Source of the DNA: Callorhinchus milii
Taxonomy: Eukaryota
Direction: 5' to 3'
Assembly: GCF_018977255.1 (NCBI RefSeq)
Contig: NW_024704743.1
Span: forward strand, 113,524,001 to 113,588,000
Length of the DNA: 64,000 nt
This document shows positions 24,387 through 37,415 of the stretch, piece after piece. The notes under the pieces were generated by a model that saw only the letters and a list, made by a program, of their open reading frames with translations, was not told where the DNA came from and searched no databases. A program made the position numbers and the translations under genes. The stretch's first letter is position 1; the number at the start of each line of letters is the position of its first letter.

Positions 24387-26087
24387 AACACACCCAATAT
24401 TGGCTGGCTAATAGGCCTGTTGAGGAATCCAGTGCTTACATCAGGAAATAGATGGGGATTTCATGCAGAAAGACATCCTGTTCAGAGTGTATTTTAGCTT
24501 GTGGCAATTTATAGCACTGTAGTGGCAGAAGATGGACAAAAGGAGCAAGGAGACTGATTAGACTAACTTAACATTGGAGCAGGAAATCAATGTGACGCAC
24601 AGCCGAAAATGCAGGTTACATGTGGCTGCTTTGTATGTGGCAGTTAGTTATGCCAATCGAACTATGCCACTTTTCAACTCCAGTATCTTTACATTAGGGA
24701 GACACTGCTCCTGACTGTCAGTCAATGGTAGGATTTGCTGAATAATCCGTGCCTGTGGATGAATGTAGGTTAAGGGTCAGTTGTGATATCCCTCAAATAA
24801 CAGCCAATCAACACTGATGGTCAAGTCTCAACATGAAGACTAGCCACTTTGATGAGATTGTTGTAAGATCGCCAGCATCAATGGGGCTGGACTCCAGCAA
24901 ACGTCAGCATCTGCAGGGGAGGAGGAGAGAAAAAAGGAAGAGATTTGAGGTAAGAGTTAAAAAAAATCAAAGAATGAATATTGAATTGTTGGCTGAGAAA
25001 AATAACAAAAACAATTCCATATAATAAATATAAAGATTGGTCATCCTGCCCCTGTATTAATGTCTTCAGTGAATACTTCAGGAAATTTTATGTTTAAAGG
25101 GAGGACATTGACCCAATTAAAATACTTGGCTCTTTGTTTTATGCTGTAATGGCAAATAGCCCTGTTCAGAAAAAATATTTTTATTGTAAAGTTCTTGCCC
25201 CTTTAATATATCCAACCAAATTTTATTTTAAAGAATCCTTCAACTTTATTGTGATAAATTGTGTTTTGGGTTCATGTATTTGACCGATGCAGGTTTGGCA
25301 AATGAATGTTAGGCATCAATCTGTAGTCATGATTAAACAGATTCTGTTTTAATGCAGGTGTTGACTGAGCTCAGCACAAAATGTCTGAGAACTCAGAGAG
25401 GGATCAAAACAATGATTTCTCCTAAATAAATTAGGGTAGGAATAATATTGTTCTATGATTATCTCTCTCTCCATTATTTCAGCAATAACTTGCAATTATT
25501 CTAACAATAGTTGCCTTAACAGTCAATGTTTGTAAGTCACTATGTTGGAAACCTTACTTTAGTCACTAGAATCAAACTGTGCTGGCAAACAGATTGGGTG
25601 AGTCATGTTTTATGAACCGATCGCTCAGTCTGAGTAATTCTTCAGGCTGTCATGACAGCTGTTTATAACACAGTTGAGGAGCACAGGTTAGCACTCGATA
25701 TGCGCCATTGATGCATAGCACTGAATGCGCAGGATTGATCTTGATGTGTAAAGTGACTGATCCTTAAGTGATATTTTTTTATTTCCTGAAGAATGCAATT
25801 ATTCGGATCTTAGCTACATGATATAAGCAATATTTAAGTAATCTTATTCATCCCGAGCACAGCTGGTATCTCAATATCATTCCCAAACTATGTTATATTT
25901 CCCATTTGATCTGTATCCCTCAATAATGATCCCCTGGTAAACAATAAAAAATATATTTTGCACATTTTCACTAATATATTTAAAATTGATTTCATTTCTT
26001 TTCTATGAAGTAAATAAACAGCAGTGCTAATATAAGTTGACTTCTTTAAATTTAGTTCCATTAAATGCAATGTTATGTTTTCCTAAA

Positions 26088-26385
26088 GTATCAGCCTGGC
26101 CCAGCTGGTAGCACTCTCACCTCTGAGTCAGAAGGCTGTAGCTTCACAGGTTCCATGCTTTGGATGAAGTGTTAAACTGAGGTCCCGTCTACCTCGTGAA
26201 CATTAAAGATCACATGGCACTATCCAAAAAGAGAAGGGAGTTTCAGCTGGTATCCTGGCCAACAAATAAAATCAGCCATTCACTTGTGGCTGTTTGTGAG
26301 ACATTGCTGTGAGCAAATTACTGCCACATTCGTCTACAAATACAATGAGGTGTCCTCCTAACATGAAAGGTGCTTTATCAAATAA
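26088..26385 (+). mobile_element. Family A SINE, internally deleted
   Basis: TCAGCCTGGCCCAGCTGGTAGCACTCTCACCTCTGAGTCAGAAGG head plus Deu core. Confidence 0.85.
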
Positions 26386-29004
26386 TTGTTCTGAGATTAT
26401 TTTATCTTGTGATCATGGTAGCTTGGCTGACATCACATCTTTGGTTTCTAGAATTTGTGCTAAATCAATCACTGGGTGGCACCCAAGAGCCAAAAAAGCC
26501 TGCCTAGAATTGCAGACATATATATTCTAATACACACATTTTAACAATTTCCTCTTTCTTCACCAACATTTTGCAAATATTAGTTAAATTTCCCAGAAGT
26601 CTGGAGCTCAAATTAAGCCTGTCGATTTCACTTTTATGATTCCAAGCTGAAGTCATTTACTGGTAAATTTGGACATACCAGAGTAGAGAGAACTGCAAGA
26701 TTTTTAATCAGAATGCTACAGAGAATAAACTTATCCCTTGGAGAGGGAAATACTCTTTTTTGTAGCATTGTCAATTGACATAAAGTTTACAATATCGTTA
26801 GATTGTTGATAGTGTTTGAATATGGATTTGCAAACACATTGTTTTAAGGCGATTCATCTCATGGTTTAGTAAAACTGAACTCCTTTCATTTCCACTGACC
26901 CATTCCTTTAGTGCTGGCAGATTTCATTACTATACTCTTATCAAACGGAGAGAACTCAACACTGGAAAACATCACTGCTAGCCAGAAATTCTGAAAACGC
27001 TGGCTTCATTTTCAACTAATGTTTGCATATCGACTTAATGATTGTGCAAAAAAGTCAGTGTGATCTTTCAGTGTGTTTGTTTTATTCGTGATTTGAATGC
27101 TTGTTAGTTCTCAGTGTTGCATTCCCCTTTCTGGAGACAACAGAACTGGTGCAATGGTACTAATGAGATTTGCCACAGTGCTAATAGATTAAATACACCT
27201 GAGCAGTTTCTACCTCCCTGAAAGCAGACTCCGGGAAGCCACCTTCAAGGCTAAGATAAAGGAATCTTGCCGATTGAGAGCTGGGGTAACTTGTTTTGCA
27301 TCTTGCCACCTATTTTTTTCTACGCAATAGCCAGGAAAACCCCTTGTGCAGCTTGTGCTAACATAGCTCAATAGGGAAAGAGAAAAGTTTTGCCAAAACA
27401 TACATGTTGATATGGCCTCTTGTTTCCAATGAGACAGGAGTTTAGAAAATTATGTTATATGTTGCCTAAGACAAAGGACTTAAAACACCAGAGTGAAATA
27501 GGAGGGAGATTTGCTTGAATTCATACAGTGGTTATATCCACTAGGCAGGGTTCATTACTTTGGTCAAAGCGCAGCAAATGTCTGCTTTTTTTCTACACTA
27601 CTTATAAAACAATAATAAATTGGTCATTTTCAATCCACGACTGTTTGTGGGACATTACTGTGCGCAATTGGCTGCTGCGTTTCACCCACAAATATACGGT
27701 GAATTCACTTTACAATATTCAAAAGTGCAGCTTGATGGAGGCAGACAATAGTATTGGGGGTAGACAGACAGTAGTATTTTACTCCCTGGTGCAATCCTAA
27801 GAATGGTTGTATACCATTAAAGGTCAAACTAAAACGGATTAAGAAGAAAATTAGTAGTGGTACATTGGCTGCGAATGACCTAATGTGTTAGATATTTATA
27901 CAATTCTTTACTAATTCTAGTTGACTATAGCACCCTGATAATGGAGACTATTGTATGTATTCGTTCTTAGTTATTGCAATTATACAATTTAGTTATCGCT
28001 TTATGTTCACTTTGATACTAACAGTACATCATAGCAAAGACAAGGAAGCAAAGAGGTTCCTATGCACCACAGAGCTATAAATTAGCTTTGGGCTGTGAGG
28101 CAAGAAACAAGTCGAACCTGCTTGAGGTTTCATGTCATTCTCAGCTCTTGTAGGACGGTACCTTAAATACACGTTCTTTTTAAGGAATAGTAAGCATTAC
28201 TGAACTATCATGAGTCTTCTGATCTTGAGTATTTTTGATGTGAAATGTCTATTACACTTTTTGTGAAGGAAAAGTATATTCTTAAATAATTGTACTTGCT
28301 AATTCAGGGTTTGCGTTTTTATGAATGCTGCTAAATATATTTCATTGCAATTAGTCTGCAAAGGGACCATCCAGAAATGAAACTTGATTCAACTGCGAAA
28401 CATCTGCTTCCATCCCTATTCCTGATGCTTATCTTCCGCTAATTATTCTTTAAATATATTACAATTATTTATAATATACAATTGTACCTGTAAATTGTCT
28501 ATTCTAAATCTAATTCATTTAAAATAGATTGTATTCCCCTCAAACCGGCCTCTGCAATCTAGCCTAAAGGCTAAATCAGCCAAGTCTTTCTTCATGCTAA
28601 AATATGTTTTAAATCTGACCTCGTGACCACTGAGAAAAAAACTCGCATAAATGCACTCAAAATGAATAAAACCTGATTTTGTTGGTGCTTAATCATGTTT
28701 TATAGTTTTCTTTTGCATATTAACTCATACCTGTTTGCTCATCACTGATTGGAACACATTGTGGTATTTTGAATGGCTGGCAGCTAGTCTCTGGCTCTCC
28801 TGTCACTTCAAATAGAAACATATGCAGTAGTTTCTCACGAGCTGCAATGAAGTAAAAATAAATAATAACAATCTTTGCATTTGATATAGCACCTTATCAT
28901 GTATTTACCTTATCACAAAAGTAATACTTGGGTGGAATTTTCTTCAGTATAATTCAGTTACATCTGTATATTGAATATTAGGTTCCAGCACATTGGGATA
29001 TCCT

Positions 29005-29121
29005 CAACAACAACAGCACAACCAAAATTACATTTATAGAGCGCCTTTCACGTAGGGAGGACGTCCCAAAGCGTCGTGAAAGGCATTACATAAATGCAAT
29101 TTGTAGTCATCGTTGTTGTTG
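29005..29121. mobile_element. Two L2 3' tails fused back-to-back
   Basis: (CAA)n..TTACATTTATAGAGCGCCTTTCACG...CGTGAAAGGCATTACATAAATGCAA..(GTT)n. Confidence 0.8.
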
Positions 29122-32100
29122 TGTAGGTTGATCGGGAAAAAAAGTGCCTGAAATCAGGGCAATCATCTCCCGTTAATGGAATGGGATAAATTGCACCCTG
29201 AGCATGGAGCTTCCCTTTTGTCTACGCTGTAAACTTGACAATTTGGACTATGAAGGAATCAACTGCTGTACTCATTTTCTCCTAAGGTTTCCTCTGATTG
29301 AATATAGTAGCACACCTGTTGTGATGGATTCTGAAATGAAATAATTGTTAATGAAAACGTTCTCATTCCATTCAGAATTTTTGCAAACCGTTCATGTATT
29401 TGTACAATAGTTGTTCAGTCGATATTATTAACGTTTTGTTTATTTACTCATTTGTTGTCAAATAAAGGGCAACAATTTTTTTGAGATTTTTAAAAAAATC
29501 TATTTTGATAAGTAACAATCTTGCATTTTTGCCGAAAGGAAGTATAATTATAAAAAGCAAGGCAATTAGATACATCATGAGGATGTTTCAAAGAGTTACA
29601 CCATATGTAATCACCAGGGCATACAAAATGCAATACTGGCAAACTGTGTTTTCCAGTCCCAACATGTATTGGGTTAAGAGACTCCTGGTGAGATAAGCAA
29701 ATGTCAAGCCAGCCAAGTGAAAAAAATGGCTAGCAGGCAAAACAGGCACTGTTTGTGAATATTACTGCAAGTTTTGCAATCGGACACTCGTACATACGGG
29801 AAGTTGCAAATAACACAACAAATCCAGTTTGTGAACATTGTTTTTTTAGATCCTAGTAACAAAGGCTTATGGTTTTGTAATTCTTCACATGAGAATCTAA
29901 ACGTTGAATGTCAATTGGCTATTCCATTGTGAAGGGCAGTACAACCAAACTCAATCCTATTCTGATCCAATGTTCAGACATGTGAACTTTCCAACAGAGG
30001 TTGGTCAATAGCACTAAGGAGCAAGAACTCTAACTGACTAAAGGTATTGTAATGCCCCAAATGCTATCTTGTCCCACCAGTGAACCAGTCAACTTCCTAT
30101 TTTATAGCCTCCAAACCATGATGACAGTGTCGCAGTGTGTGTGCCCGTTGGACCATTCTCATGCAGTTTCTCTCCTTTGTCCACATCACTTTTTTTGTCA
30201 AGAGTTTAATCTGCTGACCTTGTGAGTTCTATTCAGTTTATTTTCTCTGTGCAGCTCCCTAGAGTAAGAAGGTCTTCTGATAGTGGAGCGTTTCTCAAAA
30301 AATGAAATGAGTAAGAGACATTAGATACGCAAGTGAAAAAAAGAACACAGTTAGTTTGGGTATGGGGCAACAGGTCAAGCAGAGCTAAGTATTGGCCAGA
30401 TTAAAAGGCTGGAATGGAAACTAATATTTATCTTGCTTTAAAAGAAAAAAACCTTTCTAAATACAGTCTCACTGCTAAGTTACTTTATGATTCTTATATG
30501 TTTAGGCTCTGCCAATTTTAAGCGCTCTAAGACGCCACCCTGCGTGGAGGCCTCTATATAAGTGCAAGTTGTTGTTGTTTAGTAGCAGGTATGTTTTCTT
30601 CATGTACATGGTAGATAATCCAAAATTCATTTCAACCTTAAAGCCACCTGAAGCCCAAAATTTATCATGGCCTCACCCTTAAGAACATTGTCTTAAAATT
30701 TATGACCAGTGCAGGTACTGTTCAATTTGGTTTTAATTTGGAAGCCAGAAGCCAATATTTGTTTATAAATTAAGACTGAATTTGAGAATTTTCTATGATT
30801 CTGCAAAATTGTGGAAAGTGATTAAAAAGATTTTTTGCATTAAAAACCCGAAAGTCGCTACCCATGAAAACAAATCCTTGTGTTAATTCAATAGACTTTT
30901 GTTTCTGAGCCAGACCTTGCTGGCTGCATGCATTGCCTCCTTTCATTATAATCCAGAGATTTTTTACTTTTCCGGCAGAGGCACTACAGAAGCTGAATTT
31001 TTATGCAGATAGATAGTACAGTTTATCCAAATTCCAGTTGACTGTTAGTCTAACGTCATTCCATCATTCTATTAAGGTATTATCAAAGTATCCTTTGAGT
31101 ATATTGTTGATGTCTCCCTGAAACGATTTTACAAAATTAAACAAAATGTCACTTCTAGCTAATTGCCTACAAAATATACAGTCACTACATTTTACAGTAT
31201 ATCCTGTGAAGCATGTGAAAGTGCTATATTAAATCAAATGATTATTATATTATTTTTCACTTTCTCACTGGCGCTTGTGCAGAAAACTTAAATTCGACAT
31301 TCATAAAGTTTAAAAAACACAGAAAAACTGACTGTCTTACTAAAGTTGCCAGAATAAACATGTTACACAGATAAAAGGGAAAGTGGCTTGTGGGTGATTG
31401 ACAACTTTATATTCATTAAACTCGAACCAGTCTTGTTTATTTTACTTAGTAGGCTTAGAGTTCTAGCAGCTATCACTACAGTGCATACCTGCAACTTCTG
31501 GATTTGTTTACTTATTACCACAGGAGCACAGAGCAGAACCAACACAGCACCTCAATAGGGAAAATAGTTGGTTTTAGTATTAGGTTTCAGAATTATACAA
31601 TCATCACTACCACTACTACAGACGTACTCAAAACAGCCGTACTCTATTTAGCAAAGTATTTTATTCAATTGGTATTGTTTTCATTCATTGTAATATTAAA
31701 TAAAATAATAAATAATCCTTATTTGATATAACAGTTTTCATGGCAGGAGGTTGTCTCAAAGCACCTCACAGGTTTTTCTGTAAAGAAAAAGACTGCATAT
31801 TTTGAACTTGAAATATAAATAGAGTTTTAAATATGTTGCTGATGTGTTTAACATAGTGACGACTTTCAACTTGTCACAAAAACCCTTTAAAAGAATGGCC
31901 CCCTCTTTAAAGCATGTATAAGTACTCAGAGACACTACACTCTGTGTGAAGGGTGCTATATAAATGCAGGTTGTTGCTGTTTTTGTACATTTGCAGGAGA
32001 TTTTTCTTATTAACAGTGGGGTGAAAACTTCATGGTATTATCAAAGTGATAATGATAATTGTCCTCCATGCCACTCGAGTAGGGGTATTAACAATACTAT

Positions 32101-32303
32101 TGTAAATGACACAGAGAAAGCCTGACTTGTATTTGAATTAGAATGCATGAGAATGACAAATGTGTGCCTGTGAACACATGCTTCTGAAGCCAGAAAGTAC
32201 CAATGTACAGTACATTTTTATCATAGCATTTTATCATAACTTTTATCATAATTGTTTTATCATAACAGTACATTTTTTTCATTTTATCATACATTTTGTA
32301 GTA

Positions 32304-32623
32304 GAGTCCTGTAGCTCAGTGGTTAGAGCACTTGCCTCACAAGCAAGAGACCTGGGTTCGATTCCTGGCAGGGCGAAACCTTGGGCAAGTTTCCTTACTC
32401 CACATGCCTGATAATATTCCCTCCAGAAAACAAAAACAATAATAAAAATTGGTCACTTCAATCCACAACAGTTTGTGGGACGCTGCTGTGCGCAATTGGC
32501 TGCCGCTTTTCGCCGGCAAAATATACAGTCAATTTACTTTACAGTATATTCTGTGAAGCACTTTGAGACATCTCAAGCCGTGAAAAGTTCTATATCAGAT
32601 GCAAGAATTATTATTATTATTAT
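32304..32623 (+). mobile_element. SINE family B, short subtype
   Basis: Intact A box TAGCTCAGTGG and B box GGTTCGATTCC; CCACATGCCT|GATAAT junction; (ATT)n tail. Confidence 0.93.
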
Positions 32624-34789
32624 AACAGTTCGCACCATAAAACATTCTGATCCAAATGGTAAATGCCAGACATCTGATTTGAGCTGGTTTTCATATTGTT
32701 TAATTTATTTGCTATTGCTTATGTGTCATCTTATGTAACAATAAAAACATGGCTTTAAATTTAGAAGCCCTCCCCAAAACCAGTTTTAGTGTTTTAACAA
32801 AAATTCTTTGTTTGGCACCAAGCTTAAACTCAAATAATTCAACTCCGCAGGTTAAATGTGCTGTCACAGGCGGCTTGGGACTCAGCTACTGTCATAGCAT
32901 TAAAGGGGAACTGCTTACACCTGTTATCGATTCTCTGGAAAAGTGTTCAGCAAACATTACTCCCTGCAATGATTAAGGCATCGCTTGCTTGCAATTTTCA
33001 CCCCACTATTTATAATGAGAAAAATATGCTGCAAATACGTTTTAAAGAGGGAGCCATTCCTGTGTAAGGTTTTTGTGACAAGTTGAAACTCACCACTGTG
33101 TTAGTTACACAATAACATGTTTAAAATGCTACTTATATTAGTCACTGCCAATTCTGAATCGATAACATATGCATTACAGGTATGACCTTTTAAAAATTCG
33201 CCCCTGCGTGTTTGGGTTGTGTGGTTTTCATTTTATTCTATTCAAGGTTTTCTTTATATGCCATTTTTTTCTTATACTGAAATGTACCCATGCATAAATT
33301 ACAATCAATTTGTGTCTCTTTATTGCTCTTTTTCACCTCACAAAGGAAATCGCTAAGGTATTTCTGTCATTTTTAGATAAATCAATCCCATTATATATCT
33401 GCTGCAGTTTTGTGACTTAAAAGAATTACAATTGTGATAGGTCTGATATTTTTTGTTTGATGTCAAATGTGCTAGATTGACCACAGCCTTTTAATAATAA
33501 TAATCCTTGCATTTGATATAGTACCTTTTCACGCCATCAAAACGTCTCATATATCGTAAAGTGGATTCATTCTATATTTTGTAGGCAAAACAAAATATTT
33601 TGAATATTTTTGAACATGTGGAATTCCTATTTGTCAGGACTTGGAATCCATCATGATTGTGAGATGCAACATTTTAAACAATGTTTTTACCTGAGAAAAT
33701 GAAGCTATTAATGAAGTAAGTGCCTGTGATAATTAAATAAAACTTTTTAATATAAGTTTCCTGGTTTTTACTTAAGGATAGCAATGCAGCAAGGACAGGA
33801 TGGGATCGGGAGGAGGTCTAAGGTAGTTTTTATTAAAAAGCCACAATTTCAAACTCAACAGTTGCTCGAAAATGAAACTTATTTCTCATTTTTCCTGGTC
33901 AACTTTTATCAAAACAATTTAAGACTGCAAACGTTATACTTTTTGTGTTTCACGTGCTTAATAAAAGATTTGCAACGGCTTCAACTGAAATCTTCACAGA
34001 GTTCTTCAATAGGGTGGTACATTTGGTTCATGAATGATCATTGTTGGACTTGTGAATGATTAATACAACCAATTCTCAGTAGATTCAGCACTGGTTCAGC
34101 TGGAGAGAGAACCTCACATTACTGTTTGTATAAGCAGATAACATCAAAGCAACCTGCTGCTTGTGTTAAGCAAATACTGAATTCTGGGTCAGTGAAAATT
34201 AATCCTAAAGGAGCAAGAAATAGTTCTCCTTAATGATGGTTTGTGGTGTACTTTATCACTGTTCATTCGATGTTAAATGGTTAGCTATTATGAGATTTGT
34301 GAACCAATTGTTCTGAGCTTGTGTGCTGTGAGATTTAAAAACTTGGGAGAGGGGAGGAGAGCTGGGGAGGTGGGGGAACATGTCTGTGTGTGTGTGGTGA
34401 GAGGGGTGGGGGGGGGATTTAAATTTAAAATATTCCACAATGAAGAGTCTTATCACACATGTCCTTAGCTGACTCAAACTGATATGCTTCTGAAAACAGG
34501 GTCCCATATTTGTGGCAGTTGGTTGCTTGGTGCATGCATTTCCTTCAAACTTAGCAGTTTATACTAGTTTTAAAACAACCGCAGCAGCAATTTGTTTTAA
34601 TTGTGACACATTAAGAATCTTCCATGGTTGTTTTCTACCTACTTGTCCTCATTTTTGCCAAACAAAAAACAATTAGGTCGAAGCTTCATACATTTTTTTT
34701 CAGTGCAGTCATAATGTTACATTTTTCTTCAAGCTTTAATTGACAGTTTTGCTCTTAAATCACTGATCAGGAAAATCTATTATTGCTGG

Positions 34790-36450
34790 TTTAACATATG
34801 GAATTCCTATTTGCTGGGACGTGGAATCCGTCGTGATTGTGAGATGCAACGTTTTAAGCAAAGATTGTTTAAACGCGCTGCAAAGGTTAAAAAGAAAAGT
34901 CCCAAAAATTCACTGCACCGGGTTGTTAAATGCAAGAAACAGGAGAAAAAGCAGCATTTTAAAAAAGCTAAAGGAGAAACCTCGTCTGCAGTCAAAGTGT
35001 TTGTCGGATAATAAAAGCCAGCAGTCCATTTTTTTTTGGAAAGTTTTCATACAGTTGCAATTTTGTCTTTTTTTATATGTATAAAAAAGCAGGTAGGCAA
35101 TAAGTTACATTACAATTTTTTTTCTGAGAACATTTTTTTCTGCACATAACACTTTGAAGTTGGATTCTGTGAGCTTTGGCTGCGGTCGGTTGTGCTGCTC
35201 CCTGAGAAATTCAATCATGTTGATTGAGGAAACCTGTAGAGAGTGGCTGTTCCTTCCTCCAGTTCATAATTGCCCTCTAGACCATTTAATCATCTGTAAA
35301 ATGAAACAAAGCTTCGCTGTGGAGTACCGGAAGCAAAGTCACATGCTTATCAAATGCTTCCCACTTATTCCAGCAATGATCAGGGATCCTTCCCCACTTT
35401 TCATGGGTGCCTGCTGTCAGACCTGGGAGTTGAAAGCTGACCAGCTCTTCCTGTTATCACTAGAGCTGGCTTCCTGATGGCTTCTGTTTATTACTGTACC
35501 TTTGGAAGCAGCCCAAAAATTTTTTTGGGTGGGGGGGGAGTAATGGGACACACTGCAGAGATTGAAGCTCCTTTGTAAGTGGAGGCTGAGTAAAGGTACT
35601 CACTCACTCTGTGGGTCAGAGCTTTTGCTGGAATGTTTGGGACGAGAAGAGACTTCCTTCAAGAAAGATTAGCATAGGAAACGCCGCAGACATGGATATG
35701 TCAAATTAAATCTTTATTCCGACGTGAAAGCAGAGAGAAGGGGAATGATACCTGTAGCTCTTTATATATCCTGTGTGTGTGTCTATATATATATATGGAT
35801 TATTATATATTGAACAGCAGAAATTATGTGAAAATGTTTGAGTTGCCTTTGGTACCAGTTTATTTTTTAAAATGTTACAATATAGAAAGCAACATAGCCC
35901 GTTGCAGAATGACTTTTAATTTAACCCAAACATTTGACTCTAACTAAAGGATGTCAAAGTGCATCGACACTGAAGATATCTCGCGTTCGGAGTTTTCAGT
36001 TACCTATTCCTTCAAGTAGAACAGCGGTCACTGCTGCTGCCCTTTCCCAGGCTTAAGTGCAGGCACTTTTGCTACAGACAACAGTAGGGATACCTGTTTG
36101 CACTCCTCCTAAATATGCCAGCAACTGAAATCCTAGGAATGGGCCCTCTGTTGAAAATGAGCCAAGTGATAAGGAATGTCCTGTGAAACGTAGCGGAAAT
36201 TTGATAATGAAATGAGATGCCGAAAAGATTAATCTGGTGTGATTTGCCAAAACATGCAAAGCTTTTGCTGAAGATTATCCACACCAGCAGTAGGATAGCT
36301 GTTTGTGTTCTGAACAGTCCTCACTTATTATTGTGTTTTTATGTCCATGCAGAACATAATGGTTTGGTTGTTTACAAGCGAGAAGGATATTCATTCCTCT
36401 AACCAGAAGCTGTGAACTCGCTTACATTTTGAAATGTTTCCAGCAATCAG
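34790..36450. promoter_or_regulatory. SINE-free, CpG-retaining regulatory-like region with an ETS/GATA/FOX motif cluster
   Basis: No SINE/LINE body; scattered retained CpGs; ACCGGAAG 35326, CTTATC 35346, CTTCCTGTTATC 35447, CTTCCTG 35470, TGTTTA 35485. Confidence 0.45.
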
Positions 36451-37329
36451 GTTATTTGCTGAAGGAAGCAAGCATTTGAATGGAAATAACGTCCAAAAAT
36501 CAGTGTTGCTTTGATTGGCAAAATTTAAAGTTATTTCATCCACTGGGAAAATGTTTCACTTCCTGCCCAAGTGCTTTTGCAAAAAAAACTCAGAAACTCA
36601 GTGTTACTGCACACATAGTGTGGGTGGCTGTGAGGTCCTGTACTCTTCAGTTTCACTTTCTCTGCCTGTGGATAATCAATCAGAATTAAACCAGTAATGT
36701 TCCACAAATTTAAGCTGTCATTTGAGTGTATAAGTGAGTGCTTACATCAGGTTAAAAAAAAGAGAAGCAAATTCATGTTTATATTCGTTTCTTCTCTGTA
36801 CTTTTAAGCTTGGATAAAATTTGTTTTCAGAGAACTGTTTGTGGACATTAGATTGTATGATAATGGTGATGTCCAGGGAGTGTGTGATTGGGTATTTCAA
36901 TCATGTGCTCTCTTATTGTCTGGGAATCTACAATAAACTACAATAAATTTACATTTATTGTACCATTCACAGTGGGAGGACCTGCCAAGGCTCTTAACAA
37001 TAGTGGCTTAGTGCTCGAGTTAGGGATGGGGTCGAGGTGGGTGGGTAGGGGAAAAATGACCAAAAGAGAGGTCAATGAGATAGATCTTGAGACGGACCTT
37101 GAACGAAGTGAGAGAGGGAACGAGTCAGAGGGTCTAGAATTGATGCAAAAAAAATAAAATTGCCAGCATTTCACAACACATGTAATAATTATCACATTTA
37201 AGAAACGTCCCTAATACTGTTGTATTTGATCAGTAACATTGCTCCACACTCAGCTTCCCTGAGGTCAGCTTCAGGAATGTTACTGTGCCATCATCAATTG
37301 TCATGTTTTAGCTCTGGTTCCACCTGCAG

Positions 37330-37415
37330 TCCTGAAGGCAGAATTTGAGTGTAGCAGGAAAGAAAACTGACTTAGTCGAATCGGTTTCCTTTTCTGCTGC
37401 ACTCAGATGCCAGGA
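37330..37415 (+). other. Long hairpin (25-bp stem, 10-nt loop); pre-miRNA-like or palindromic transposon relic
   Basis: TGAGTGTAGCAGGAAAGAAAACTGA (37346-37370) pairs with TCGGTTTCCTTTTCTGCTGCACTCA (37381-37405): 3 G-U pairs, 1 mismatch. Confidence 0.6.

Noticed and set aside
32304..32380. tRNA gene-like sequence (also at 24070, 42198, 43827, 55171)
   Set aside because: No complete acceptor stem, and it always continues into a SINE body, so these are SINE heads
34811..35011. Lys-rich 66-aa ORF
   Set aside because: Non-ATG start; the composition follows from A-rich sequence
35661..35680. AAGATTAGCAT, similar to U6 snRNA
   Set aside because: Only 11 nt match and the flanks differ
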